Below the pieces are notes generated by a model. It did no database searches. It worked only from the letters and a program-made list of their open reading frames with translations, and was not told the origin of the DNA. The position numbers were made by a program, and so were the translations under genes. A DNA stretch of 63,966 nt, filler included, from Octopus bimaculoides (lineage: Eukaryota), in NCBI RefSeq assembly GCF_001194135.2. It is 6 parts of 6 records of this genome, joined end to end, with 100 filler letters (N's around TTAATTAATTAA, not from the genome) between each part and the next. Parts side by side here need not be neighbours in the genome. Positions count along the whole stretch, not along the records: positions 1 to 27,139 come from NC_068983.1; 5 more parts are not named here. One strand, 5' to 3'. How positions within the stretch are numbered: the stretch's first letter is position 1; each line of letters starts with the position of its first letter. Shown here one piece after another: positions 1 to 12,252 of this stretch.

Positions 1-76
<76 letters not shown>

Positions 77-94
77 ATTATTATTATTATTATT
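1..94. repeat. (TTG)n(TTA)n microsatellite
   Basis: Direct inspection. Confidence 0.98.
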
Positions 95-314
95 AAGGCA
101 ATGAGCTGGCAGAAGTGTTAACACACTTGGAAAAATGCTAAGCAGCATTTTGTCTGTCTTTATGTTCTGAGTTCAAATTCCACCAAGGTCAACTCTGCCT
201 TTCATCCTTTTGGTGGAGTTAATAAAATAAGTACCAGTTGAACACTGGGGTTGATGTAATTGACTTACCCTCTCCCCAAAAATTACTGGTCTTGTGCCAA
301 AATTTGAAACCATT
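95..314 (+). mobile_element. tRNA-derived SINE, family A (Deu/Nin-like core), CpG-decayed
   Basis: B-box gagttcaaattcc and core gcctttcatcctt...aaaataagtacc; homologous to 51853-52286. Confidence 0.8.
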
Positions 315-1774
315 GTTGTTGTTATGTTAAAGTGATATGGAGAAGGGAAATGAATTAATGATATAAAAAATGAGTTTGTTTAAAATTTCTGCAGCTTTGA
401 ATAGGAGGAAACTGGATCTCTGTAAAACCACTTCATTTGAGAGTTGGCAATACAGCATTTGCTTAGAATATATACTAAAATCAGAAGCTTCAGAAAATAT
501 AAGTGTGGCCTTCACACAAATTCTTAAAGTACTCTATTTTTCTTTTTTTTTATGATCCAACAAAGGAGCCTCTGTACAGTTTCTCAATTTTGCTAGATAT
601 AGCACCCAACCAAGTTATCTTGTAATTTTACTCTACCACCTCAAAATTATTTTTTATTTATAAATAGTGGTATATGTTTCAATAATTCCCAGTCTGATAG
701 TTGTAGTATTTAATTTTCCAGTTAAAAGTTGCTAAATAATGCTTTGATGCAGGATCCTAATTAACCAACAATAAAATGAATGTGACAGATGCAAGATCAA
801 GAATAAATAGATTAGTGTATTTTTGATAAACTTATACAACATAATAAAGCATCCAGCTAATATAGAAATGCAAGGAATAAAAGAAGAGCATAATAAATGT
901 TAAGGAAATTGATATAAAAAATACAGAAAGGAAGAACTAGAATAGAATGAGAGGGAGTGGAGGAGAGAGTGAAAAAGAGATAAAGGAAGAGAGAGGGGGA
1001 AAGGGCTATACTGGACAATAATTAACCAAGTGGATGGTTGAGCTGTTATAGTACTGGCTAATTTAGTAAAGGTATAATATATCTGGAACAATGGATCTGT
1101 GGAGTGCACTAAATTATTCCAATGATTACCAACATGATGACTTAGTCAGAGAAGGAAGGACAGTGTCTATGACCTTTTACAGAGTATCCTTGACTAGAAG
1201 GAGTAAGGGAAGTATCCTTAGATCAGACACTTAAACTAGATGCTTTGCAACAAAGTAAATTCCACTAAAATCACCCATGGGCCAAGTGTCAATGTGAAAC
1301 TGGATGATATATTCCACTCAGTCATGGTTGACCATGGTTAAACAACAACAACTCTTCTAATTCCTTTCCAAATCACTAAGATTTGCTGGGTCAGTGTGTA
1401 CCTTTGGTATCCATTGCATTAGAGTGTGTCACTTAAATTCATAAAATGTACCAACTGTGGAACCTGCTTAGAATTAGGTAGGCTTTGAGCTAAATGTTTT
1501 TGCCACAGCCCCGTTGTTTACAATGCCAAGAAATTAACATAAACTAACAACCTCTTAGCTAGTTGTCAACTCAATCCTCCACTTAACTAAGTGCTGAGTA
1601 CTCAGCAAGTTGATCAGTGCCCTACCAACTCAACTATGTTCTCAACAATAAATATGAAATATCTAAAGCAAAGCTGCTAATCATTTATGAACATATTTCT
1701 TTCAATATAAACAGCATTCATTTCAGGAATATAGATCAAACTAATACAACACTTTCTCATTCTATCATCATCGT

Positions 1775-3180
1775 CGTTGTCATCATCGTTTAATGTCCGC
1801 TTTCCATGCTAGCATGGGTTGGACAATTTGACTGAGGACTGGTGGACCAGGAGGCGACACCAGGCTCCAATCTGATTTGGCAGAGTTTCTACAGCTGGAT
1901 GCCCTTCCTAACACCAACCACTCCGAGAGTGTAGTGGGTGCTTTTACATGCCTCCGGCACGTGGGCCAATCAGGCAGGTACTGGCGATGGCCTGAAGGCA
2001 ATGTAGCCATATATTGTTATTAAAATTACCAAAAATAAAAATAAAGACCCTCTCTCCAACATATTTGCACAATGCTAAGCATTTTTATGCAGCCAGAAAG
2101 TAAGTACCTGTATTACATTTGAATTGATTAATTAACTGTTACCAATAAAATTATATTTTTGTGAAAGGTTTATATGTAAGTTTATGTAAAGTGTTAAGCA
2201 TGAGGGAGAGATATTTTGTTGTAGCTCTTCAGCAGCTTTGATTTCATTTTCTTACCCTTTTCGCTTTTCTTAATCCTTCTTCTTGTTTTTCCTGTTATAT
2301 TCACTGCCTCTTCTGACACTTCTTCCTACTCTTTTTTTCTTTCCTCTTCCCTTCCTTTTCCATTTTCTTCCTCCTCTTATTATTTAATCTGCTGATCATT
2401 TTCATTCATCTCAATGAGACCCAATATCTCACAGTTACCATATGTCTTGCTGTAAATTTAAGAATTAGGTTTAGGATTAAAGTGTGGCTTTATCTGTGAC
2501 AATCATCATCGTCATCATCATCATCATACATCCATTTTCCATGCTGGTATGGGTTGGACAGTTTGTTAGGGGTCAGATAGTTAAAGGACTGCACTGAGCT
2601 CTTCTGTCTGCTTTGGCGTAGTTTCTACATCTGAATGCCCTTCCCAATGCCAACCCTTTTACAGAATGTACTGGGTGCCTTTTACATGGCACTAGCACCA
2701 GTGAGGTCACCAAGTAATATGTAAGACATTGATAAAGTTACTTCAACTAAGGGAAGAGTAGTATTGAGAGAGATTAGCTTTGTGCCAATGTTTGTGATAA
2801 TATTTTGATATTTAGCAATAAAAATAGAGATGCTTTCCATCATGAGATCATCATCATCATCATCATTGCTTAACGTCCACCTTCCATGCAGGCATGGGTT
2901 GGACGGTTTGACAGGAGCTAGCCAGATAGAAAACTACCCCAGGCTACTGTGTCTGGTTTAGCAGGGTTTTTACAGCTGGATGCCCTTCCTAACATCACCC
3001 ACTCCACAGAATGAACTGAGTACTTTTTACGTGGCACCAGCACAGATGAGGTCAGTTTTAGCATGGTTTTTTACAGCTGGATGCCCTTCCAAATGCCAAC
3101 CACTGTACAGTGTGGACTGGATGCTTTTTACATGGCACCTGCGCCAGCAAGATCACCAAGTAACTTACAAGACAAGGAAT
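1775..3180 (-). mobile_element. Cluster of short RTE-tail elements (about 1775-2010, 2510-2730, 2850-3180)
   Basis: Shared catcatc-gtttaacgtccg-tttccatgc..gggttggac and gatgcccttcc.aa.ccaacc blocks; further copies near 10680, 18660, 23090 and 23520. Confidence 0.75.
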
Positions 3181-3479
3181 TTAGAGAGGAGAGGAGGCAT
3201 TGGAGGAGGAGAGGGGGCATTGGAGGAGGAGAGCTTGTGTCAGATGATGAAAGGTTAGAGTGTGACAGAGAAACAGAGAGGCAGAAACAGGTGTCTTGCT
3301 AAAGAAGAGGTACATGGTTACTCAGCCAGAAAGAGAAAGAGAGAGAGAGAGAGAGAGATGCATTTGACAATAGTTATCAGTGGATCTAGGAATGTCATAC
3401 TGTAAAAGAACCATCCAAACCCAGCTAATCATGAAAAATATAAGTTGGAGCCTTCATATCCTGAAAATTATGCAAGTAT

Positions 3480-3665
3480 TATGAAATACTGACAGAAAGT
3501 GATGGCATAAATATAAATCTGAAAAGATCTCAGGCAATGAAAAAGTGACCATATTCTTTGAAATAGCAATCCATGCAGACAGGAAGATTAAGGTGAATAA
3601 ATTGAATATTGTTAGCAAGGATCGTCAGGAAAGGAAGCACCTCCTGACTGAAGTATCAGTCTAAA
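3480..3665 (+). mobile_element. Decayed R4-like RLE-domain fragment
   Basis: Reads ...SGNEKVTIFFEIAIHADRKIKVNKLNIVSKDRQERKHLLTEVSV, a decayed version of the KILWD..I.TD..I.ANRPDIV motif. Confidence 0.55.
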
Positions 3666-4324
3666 TTGGAGTTAGCAACCTTATGACATATTGCAGCTTT
3701 TAGGTATGTGATGAACATTGAAAAATATTTCCTGCAATACCATGTTATATAAGTTTATCTATAACAATTTACCTAAAAATAAAATACATGTATGTGTTCA
3801 AGTAGCACTCCAGTAACAGGATTATTAAAGGAATTAAAATTTGGACACATCTGACTAAATCATTGATAATGTGTACCTAAAAGTAATGGAGGAACTATCC
3901 AATTATAAAGATCTGGGAATAAAGACAACCATAAGGTAAGGATTGAAGAGAAACAATCTTTTCATGGCAATGATTAAAGAAGTTGTAGATAAATACATAA
4001 CCCAAACCATAGAGCATACACATATATAATATACAGAAGAGTTCACACATTGTATAGAGAGCTTTCAGTATAATGTAAAACAAAACAAAGAAAATACTGC
4101 ATGTATTCAAGGCACTCAGTTAAATCTAATTAGTTGTAACTCAAACTCACTAACAAACACTTGTATTTCTTCTCATCACCTTTACTGTGTCTCTCCATGC
4201 AAGTACTACACTAACTATCTCTCCAAAATTTCAACACCTTAGAATTCCCTTTCTACTCATGTTTTTCCTCTAGACATCAACTTATAAGTATTCAAGCTAA
4301 ATATCAACTGCATTAATCACAGTA

Positions 4325-5275
4325 TTGGAGGTCTACAAGGCAACACTGGCATCGGCCACAGCTATGATTTCACATAGCTTGCCAGGTCTTCTCAAGCACA
4401 GCATATCTCCAAAAGTTTCATTCGCTTGTCAGTGCCTCTGTGAGGTCCAAAGTTCGATGGTCATGCTTCACCACCTCATCCCATGTCTTCCTGGGTCTAC
4501 CTCTTCCACAGGTTCCTTCCACTGTTAGGGTGTGACACTTCTTCACACAGCTGTCCTCATCCATATGCAACACATGACCATACCAGCGTAGTCGTCTCCC
4601 TTGCACACTACATATGATGCTTCTTATGTCCAAATTTTCTCTCAGGGCACTTACACTCTGTTGTGTATGCATACTGACAGTAAACATCCAACAGAGCATA
4701 CTCACTTTATTTCTTTGAAGCCTACCATGTCCTCAGCAGTTGCATCCCATGTTTCACAGCTGTGTAGCATGGCTGGCTGTTTGCACACAGGCATCATACA
4801 GTCTACCTTTCACTCTGAGTGAGAGGCCCTTTGTAACCAGCAGAGGTAGGAGCTCTCTGAACTTTGCTCAGGCTATTCTTATTCAAGCAGCTATACTCTC
4901 AGAGCATCCACCCCTGCTACTGATTTGGTCACCTCGATAACAGAAGCTATCAACTACTTCTAGTTTTTCTCCCTGACATATGATGGAATCTGTTTTCTGT
5001 ACATCGTCAGTGTTTATTGTCCTTGTGCATCTGTCACACACAAAAACTCTCTTCCCAGTTAACATTCCTTTGATATTGCTGCACCTCTTATGTGTCCATA
5101 GCTTACACCGGGTACATCTTATGGAGTTTCTACCTACACCTTTTCTACAGATCAGGCAGGGCCATCTACCTGAATGGCTTTGTGATTTGTCTGCCTTCCT
5201 ATTTACTAGCACTTTGTTTTTTTCTAAATTGACTCTATTACACCATAGAGTACCAGCAGTTAGATACTTCTAACT
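4325..5275 (-). mobile_element. RTE-clade LINE fragment
   Basis: PHD-like finger WPCLICRKGVGRNSIRCTRCKLWTHKRC followed by RRLRWYGHVLHMDEDSCVKKC...GRGRPRKTWDEVVKHD. Confidence 0.88.
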
Positions 5276-5309
5276 GTGCTGGTGGCCTATATTATTATTA
5301 ATAATAAAA

Positions 5310-6384
5310 ATCATCATCATCATCATCATCATCGTTTAACATCCGCTATCCATGCTAGCATGGGTTGGACGATTTGACTGAGGACTGGCAAACCAGATGG
5401 CTGCACCAGGCTCCAATCTGATCTGGCAGAGTTTCTACAGCTGGATTCCCTTCCTAACGCCAACTACTCTGAGAGTGTAGTGGGTGCTTTTACATGCCAC
5501 CGGCACGAGGACCAGTCTGGGAGTACAGGCAACGGCAACACTTAAATGGTGTTTTTATGTGCCACCTGCACAGGAGTCAGTCCAGTGGCGCTGGCAATGA
5601 CCTCGCTCGAATGTTTTGTTCACATGCCACCGGCACAAGTCTGAGTAAGGCGACGCTGGTAACAATCACGCTCAAATAGTGCTTTTTACGTGCCACCGGC
5701 ACAGAAGCCAGACAGCTGCTCTGGCAGTGATCCCACTTGGATGGTGCTGTTAGTGCTCCACTAGCATGGGTGCCAATCATCGAATTTGGTTCAGTTACAA
5801 TTTCACTTGCCCCAACAGGTCTTTGCAAGTAGAGTTTAGTGTCCAATGAAGGAAGGTTGGCATGGGTGCCAGTCGTCGAATTTGGTTCGATTTCGATTTC
5901 ACTTGCCTCAACAGGTTCACTTGCAAGCAGGGATTTGTGTCTAAAGAAGGGAAGGTACGTATAAGTGGGCTGGCTACACCCCTGGTAAAGGCCACGGGTT
6001 ATGGTCTTACTTGTCTTGCCGGGTCTTCTCACGCACAGCATATTTCCAAAGGTCTCAGTCACTAGTCATTGCCTCGGTGAGGCCTAATGTTTGAAGGTCG
6101 TGCTTCACCACCTCATCCCAGGTCTTCCTGGGTCTACCTCTTCCACAGGTACCCTCAACCACTAGGCTGTGATACTTTTCACACAGCTATTTTCATCCAT
6201 TCTCGCCAAATGACCATACCAGCGCAGTCGTCTCTCTTGCACACCACAACTGATGTTTCTTAGGTCCAACTTTTCTCTCAAGGTACTAACACTCTGTCGA
6301 GTATGCACACTGATATTACACATCCATCGGACATACTAGCTTCATTCCTTGTGAGCTTACGCATGTCCTCAGCAGTTGTGGCCC
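5310..6384 (-). mobile_element. RTE-clade LINE 3' end with 3' UTR and (ATG)n tail
   Basis: Same GRGRPRKTWDEVVKHD terminus at about 6090-6160; ends in the gttaaacgatgatgatg tail at 5311-5340. Confidence 0.85.
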
Positions 6385-6393
6385 AATAATAAT

Positions 6394-8068
6394 AAAGTCA
6401 TATAATATGATCCCACATTCTTGGATTATGGAGTGTATGAACCTATTTGGTATTGCATCGAATGTTGAGCGATTGCTTGGAAAAAGTATGGCAAATTGGA
6501 GGACGGACCTGACAGCATACAGAAGAAGTCTAAGGTCAGTAGAAATTAGAAGGGGCATCTTCCAAAGGGACTGCCTGTCCCCACTGATCTTTGTACTGTG
6601 CTTGATACCACTAACACTGATTCTGAAGAAAGCAAAAGTTGGGTATGTATTCAAAAGCCGCCAGCAAAAAGTCAACCATTTGTTATTCATGGATGCCCTC
6701 AAACTTTATGGTAAAGATGAAGCCCAAGTCAGTTCCCTCATTCGTTGATATGGTGTATACCTTCAGTGCTGATATCAGAATGGAGTTCGGACTGAGAAAG
6801 TGTGGTGTGTTAGTCTTGAAGAGAGGCAAAATCAAATGTATGGACGGGCTAATGATACCATCTGGGGAGGTTAAGAAGCAGACAGAAGAGACTTATGTAC
6901 TTGGGGATACTGGAAATAAATAAATTGATGGAGAAAGAAATGACAGAAAAATTTAAGGTGGAGTACTTGCACAGACTGAGACTGATCCTTAAGTTGAAAT
7001 TAAATGGACGGAATAAGATCGAAGCTATCCACACCTGGGCTGTTTCACTCCTTAGATATGGAGCAGGGGTAATCGCATGGAGAGTAGATAAACTAAACAA
7101 CTTAGACAGAAAGACAAGGAAGTTGCTAACTAGATATGGGTCATTCCACCCAAAAAGTGACACAGACAGACTGTATGTACCAAGAAAAAGAGGGGGAAGA
7201 GGACTTATTGGATATGAACACAGCATTAGAGCAGTAGAAAACAACATAGTATGGTATGTAAAAATGCCACAGAACCGCTATTATTAGAAGTAGGAAGGTC
7301 AGGCTTGTGTAGGATGAAGGATTGCAAAGATAAAGCACAATACAAGAAATCGAAAACGAATGAAACTGAAAATAGGTGGGTAAAGAAAGGAATGCATGGT
7401 CAATTTAATAGGGATGTTGAAGATAAGACAGACAGAGAAAAAAGATGGCTGTGGATTACTAAAAGTGATTCAAAACCGGAAACGGAGGCTCTAATCTGCT
7501 GCCCAAGTGCAAGCACTAAGAACAAACTACATAAAATGCAGAATAGACAACACAGCAGAAAGTGATAAGTGCAGAATCTGTGGACAATACGGTGAAACCG
7601 TATGGCATATTACCAGCCAATGTACGCCACTAGCCCAGAAGGAATATAAGAGGCGCCATAACAATATAGCCAGGCTTGTCCATTGGACACTCTGCAACAA
7701 GTATGGACTTGACAGAGCAAAAAATTGGTACAACCACAAACCTGAAGGCATCATCGAAAATGGAAATGCAAAGATCCTATGGGATTTTATGATTCAGTGC
7801 AATCATGAGATAGAGAATAGGAAGCCAGACATAGTCTTAATTGAGAAAGAAAACAAACTATGCTGGATCATAGATATAGCATGCCCAGCTGACAAGCTAT
7901 GCGATAAGGAAGAAAGAAAAGTTGAGAGATATGACAGGTTAGCTTGGGAAGTTAAGAAGTTGTGGTCAATGGAAAAGGTAGCAGTAGTACCAATAATTGT
8001 CAGAGCCCTGGGAAGAGTGAGTAAAAATCTCGAGAAGTACGTGGAACAAATAGGGGCTGCAATAAGGG
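6394..8068 (+). mobile_element. R4/Dong-like RLE non-LTR retrotransposon, 5'- and 3'-truncated, frameshifted
   Basis: RT motifs (RGIFQRDCLSPLIF, NHLLFMD, YLG), CCHC knuckle CRICGQYGETVWHITSQC, RLE motif RKPDIV...IIDIACP; begins after an (AAT)3 run. Confidence 0.9.
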
Positions 8069-10668
8069 TTGATATGCACCCTGGCGCGAAACAGAACTGG
8101 TGACAAATGCCACGCAAATAAGAGCCAATCAGGGTGATGGACACAGCGGTCCAAGCGGGCCAAAGGCTAGATGTTAGCTGCTTCGTTATCATTTGTAAAT
8201 AAATACCCGGGAGAGAGGTTTCACTACAATAGCCTTACACCAGTCTGATTGTCAAAGACAAAACAGACGACACAGGAAATAATTCTACTGAAAAAACTGA
8301 AAGAACGGTTGGTCCTAAAGCTGGCACTAAGTCGCCATTTAAGAGAAACTGCATGAACAGAATCACGTCAGGGTCACCAGTTTGTAGAGAACGACTGTGT
8401 AAACCAAAGGAGAATGGCGACGTGTGGAAACAGGCTCCTTTGAAATGCGTCGCACGGTCAACACAAAACGTATAATCAATATCTATAAAACAGAAGATGT
8501 TTGTGTGTGTGTGTGTACGTGAATGTGGTTTATGCACGTCCACAAATTAGCACGCATGTCGCTCCAATTTTAGGAGAAGATTCGGAATGACCCTATGTGC
8601 ATTTTAGTGAACTTTCTCTCTCAGAGGTACCCGCGTATACCTGTAAAAATCGATAAACTTTTACCAATTTTGAAGTTTGTTGACATGGCGAAGTCAAATC
8701 TGTGCGTACGCGCGTGAAAGAGAGAAAGACAGACAGACAGACAGAGGGAGAGAGAAAGAAAGAAAGAAATAGTGTGTTTGTGACAGGGGGTGGAGGAAGA
8801 TACAGTGTTTGCTAGCGTCCAAAAAAAAAAAATGAAAAAAGTGGGTAAGGCAGACAGAAATCAAAGCAAATTTTGCTAAGCAAGACAGTTTACTTTGCTA
8901 GCGTCTAAAAAAACAAAAAAAAACAAAGGAACGAAAAAGTGGAAAGGGAGGCAGAAAGCGTATTAGGAATGAAAATGTAGCTAAGACAGTAAGTGTAAAA
9001 TGTAAAAGGCATTTTTTTTTCTTAAACATGAGATATAGTTTAAAATATACGATGTTTTTGAAAGACACTATATTCTATAATGAGATTATATATACTTTCT
9101 CACACAACAATTCAAATATATTTATTTTAAATCATTTATTTGTTTTNNNNNNNNNNNNNNNNNNNNNNNNNNNNNNNNNNNNNNNNNNNNNNNNNNNNNN
9201 NNNNNNNNNNNNNNNNNNNNNNNNNNNNNNNNNNNNNNNNNNNNNNNNNNNNNNNNNNNNNNNNNNNNNNNNNNNNNNNNNNNNNNNNNNNNNNNNNNNN
9301 NNNNNNNNNNNNNNNNNNNNNNNNNNNNNNNNNNNNNNNNNNNNNNNNNNNNNNNNNNNNNNNNNNNNNNNNNNNNNNNNNNNNNNNNNNNNNNNNNNNN
9401 NNNNNNNNNNNNNNNNNNNNNNNNNNNNNNNNNNNNNNNNNNNNNNNNNNNAGTTACTCCAATTCACATCCCCAATGCAAACCTTCAGATCAACCTTTTC
9501 CTATGCAGATCTCTAATGTAACTTTAAAAAAGAAACAGTCAATGAGTGGAAATAACCAATAAACTGATTCCTTATGGGATTTCCCAATCAAATTGCCAGC
9601 AAACCATTTTCAGCCAAACCAATTTCAACGGATTTCGCTCAAATCTGATGTCCATGTTACTTATTTTGGTTTGAAATAAAGCACTTGATCACTTAATAAT
9701 CCTAGCTTAATCCTGAGCAGCGCCGGGCTATACTGCTAGTATGTCATAAGATGGGCTCGCATGTGAGATGCGAGCAAGTGCCAGCAAAGGAATGAGAGAG
9801 ACACAACCATTAGATATATATAGAGAGTAAATTTATTAAGGTAGTCAATTGTGTGTCTGTGTGTGCATGCATGCGGCAATATAAGTAATACAATACATAA
9901 GACAGGCCTTCGTATGAACAATAGTATGTATACACTAATATGTTGGTGTGTGTGTGAATGAGAAATACAGAGCATGGAATAAGAGTCTGTAACATAGACT
10001 ATAAGAGTCCTGAACACAAAGATAAGAAAGTACCAGTTCATAGAAGAGTTACACAGTAGGTAGAATGTCTGTACACAAGAGGTCGTGGCCGAATAGCAGA
10101 GCTGAGGTCTCACATGTTGTGTATGAAGTTGAGCTTTGATGCTGCAACTGGTTACTTGGTACAGAAGATCCTCGCAGGTTGTTCTGGCTGTTATTTTCGA
10201 GGTGGAAACAATCCACACAAACAGTGTTGAGAAGGAACCGCGGTTGTTGTTGGTAGCGTGTACTCTGGTGGTGGCGTTGGCGCTGGTGACGGGACTGTAG
10301 TAGACAGTAGATCGGTGGTGTTGACGCCGTCGCTGGAAACTGGCTGGAGCTGTGTTCTGTGAGATTGTCAATGACCAGACCTGTATGAGGTCTGAAATCG
10401 AAGACAAACTGGTGTTGATGAAGCAGAGCTATTTATAGATAAAAAGGGGCTCCAGAAACAGCAGGAAACACTCTCTCACGTGACCTTAACAGAAGGCCAC
10501 GATTGGTTGATATGCACCCTGGCACAAAACAGAACTGGTGACAAATGCAGCGCAAATAAGAGCCAATCAAGGTGATGGACACAGCGGTCCAAGCGGGCCA
10601 AAGGCTAGATGTTAGCTGCTTCGTTATCATTTGTAAATAAATACCCCCGAGAGAGAGGTTTCACTACA
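8067..10668 (-). mobile_element. Second LTR element: about 1.03-kb 5' LTR (10668 to 8383, Helitron inside), PBS, very short internal region, truncated 3' LTR (8228 to 8067)
   Basis: Direct repeat 8067-8229 vs 10505-10669 starting TGTAGTG on minus; LTR end CTCTACA followed by PBS TGGTGACCCTGACGTGATT at 8361-8379 (18/19 to the tRNA-Trp 3' end as I recall it). Confidence 0.8.
8482..9739 (+). mobile_element. Non-autonomous Helitron
   Basis: A|TCTATAAAACAG 5' end; GC-rich subterminal hairpin cctgagcagcgccggg then CTAG|T 3' end; inserted between A and T with no TSD. Confidence 0.85.
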
Positions 10669-12252
10669 AGATCATTATCATCATCATTTAACATCCGTTT
10701 TCCATGCTGGCATGGCTTGGACAGTTTAACAGAAAACTGAGGAGCTGCACCTGCTTCCAATCTGATTTGGCATGGTTTCTATGGCTGGATGCCTTCCTAA
10801 TGCCAACCACTCCAAGACCGGCATTGGCCATGACTACAATCTCACTTGGTTTGACAGGTCTTCTCAAGCACAGAATATTGCCAAAGGTTTCAGTCAGTTG
10901 TCACAGCCTCCTCAGGAAGATACAATAAGTTGTTAGACAAGGTGAGAGACACTGCAGTTTCTCCTGATATTTTTTTTATCTGCATATGGATCCCTGCAAA
11001 TTGAAGTTTGATAAGGTTATAAGCTATCTCTGAGTTTCATAAAAAAAAAACTTGGAACTGGTGGCTTTGTTGGATAGGAAATATCAAAAATTTTATCATC
11101 ATCACCTTGAGGAATATGTGGAGGTGACAGTGAGGCAAGTCAGGTTGAGAAGAGATTTTGTATAGACTAAGAAGCAAAGCAAATAATACATGGCTTTATC
11201 TGCAAGAGTGCAACTAATAAAAACTAGTACACCTGTAGAGAAGGTGAATCGAGTGGGATGATTCTGCAAAGCAGTTTGTGTAAAAATCAGCCATTCTAAA
11301 GTGGTTTATGCTTATGGGCTCAGAAATTGCTCATAGATTAACTAACTTCTGATCCTGAAGAGTAAGCGTAATCGTTAGGAAGCAGCTTTAGCACTGTCAT
11401 TGGTCTATGGTTTCCATGAAAGATGGTCAATGAATGGAAAGGTTAGGGTTTGTAGTAAACTTTTACTTTTTATTTGTTGGTGTAATACATAGCTTCCCAA
11501 AGTGGGCGATGGGTGAATTTCTAGAAAATGGTGGGCGATATAAGCATTTTGCGGGTGACTATGAATTTTTAGAAATTAAGTCTGCATTTACTGATATCTA
11601 GGCATGCCTAAAATAAGGATGCACTTTTATCGATTTGACTACTCGCGGACTTGTTTATCGATCGAATATTTTTGTCGCAGTCATTGATATGGTAGTTATG
11701 TGTACTAAAAATAGCAGCCAAATAGGCCTAGACTTTAAATCACACTCCACCACAATTTTTTTTTTCTTTTGTATAATTGTATGAAGTCCCACGTATAGAA
11801 TTCAAATTCGCAAAAATTTTCAGAAAACTCTGAAAAATAAAAAAAAAAGTTACGAACGGTAACATGTCGAGCGTAATTCTGTGGGTTCATAACAAAACAC
11901 AAGTGCTATTTTCAGTATGTGACAAAATGTGCAGTCACGCACAAAATGACAGCTTTGAGATCATGTTTCTTGACTGGGTGAAAAATGATCAAACTTTAAA
12001 CCTCTATAACTTTTTAAAAATATTTTTTCTGGAAAAAGTTGAACTCCATCAATTTAACTTGGAAAGCTACATTAATGTCCCTATTTAAAAAAATTTTCAA
12101 TAAATTCCAATTTTTTAAATGCTGGCAGCCAAACGAACTAGATCCGTATTTGCTCCAGTAAAGGCAAGTCTTCTCTTTGAGAATACCATACTGCCTTTCT
12201 GACGCCGTCTGTAGAAATTCGTTTTCACATTTTCGCTTTACTGCTTCCTCCA

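Noticed and set aside
9736-10407. 223-aa ORF as an env-like or accessory gene
   Set aside because: Lies within an LTR, includes (AC)n-derived residues and has no recognisable motif.
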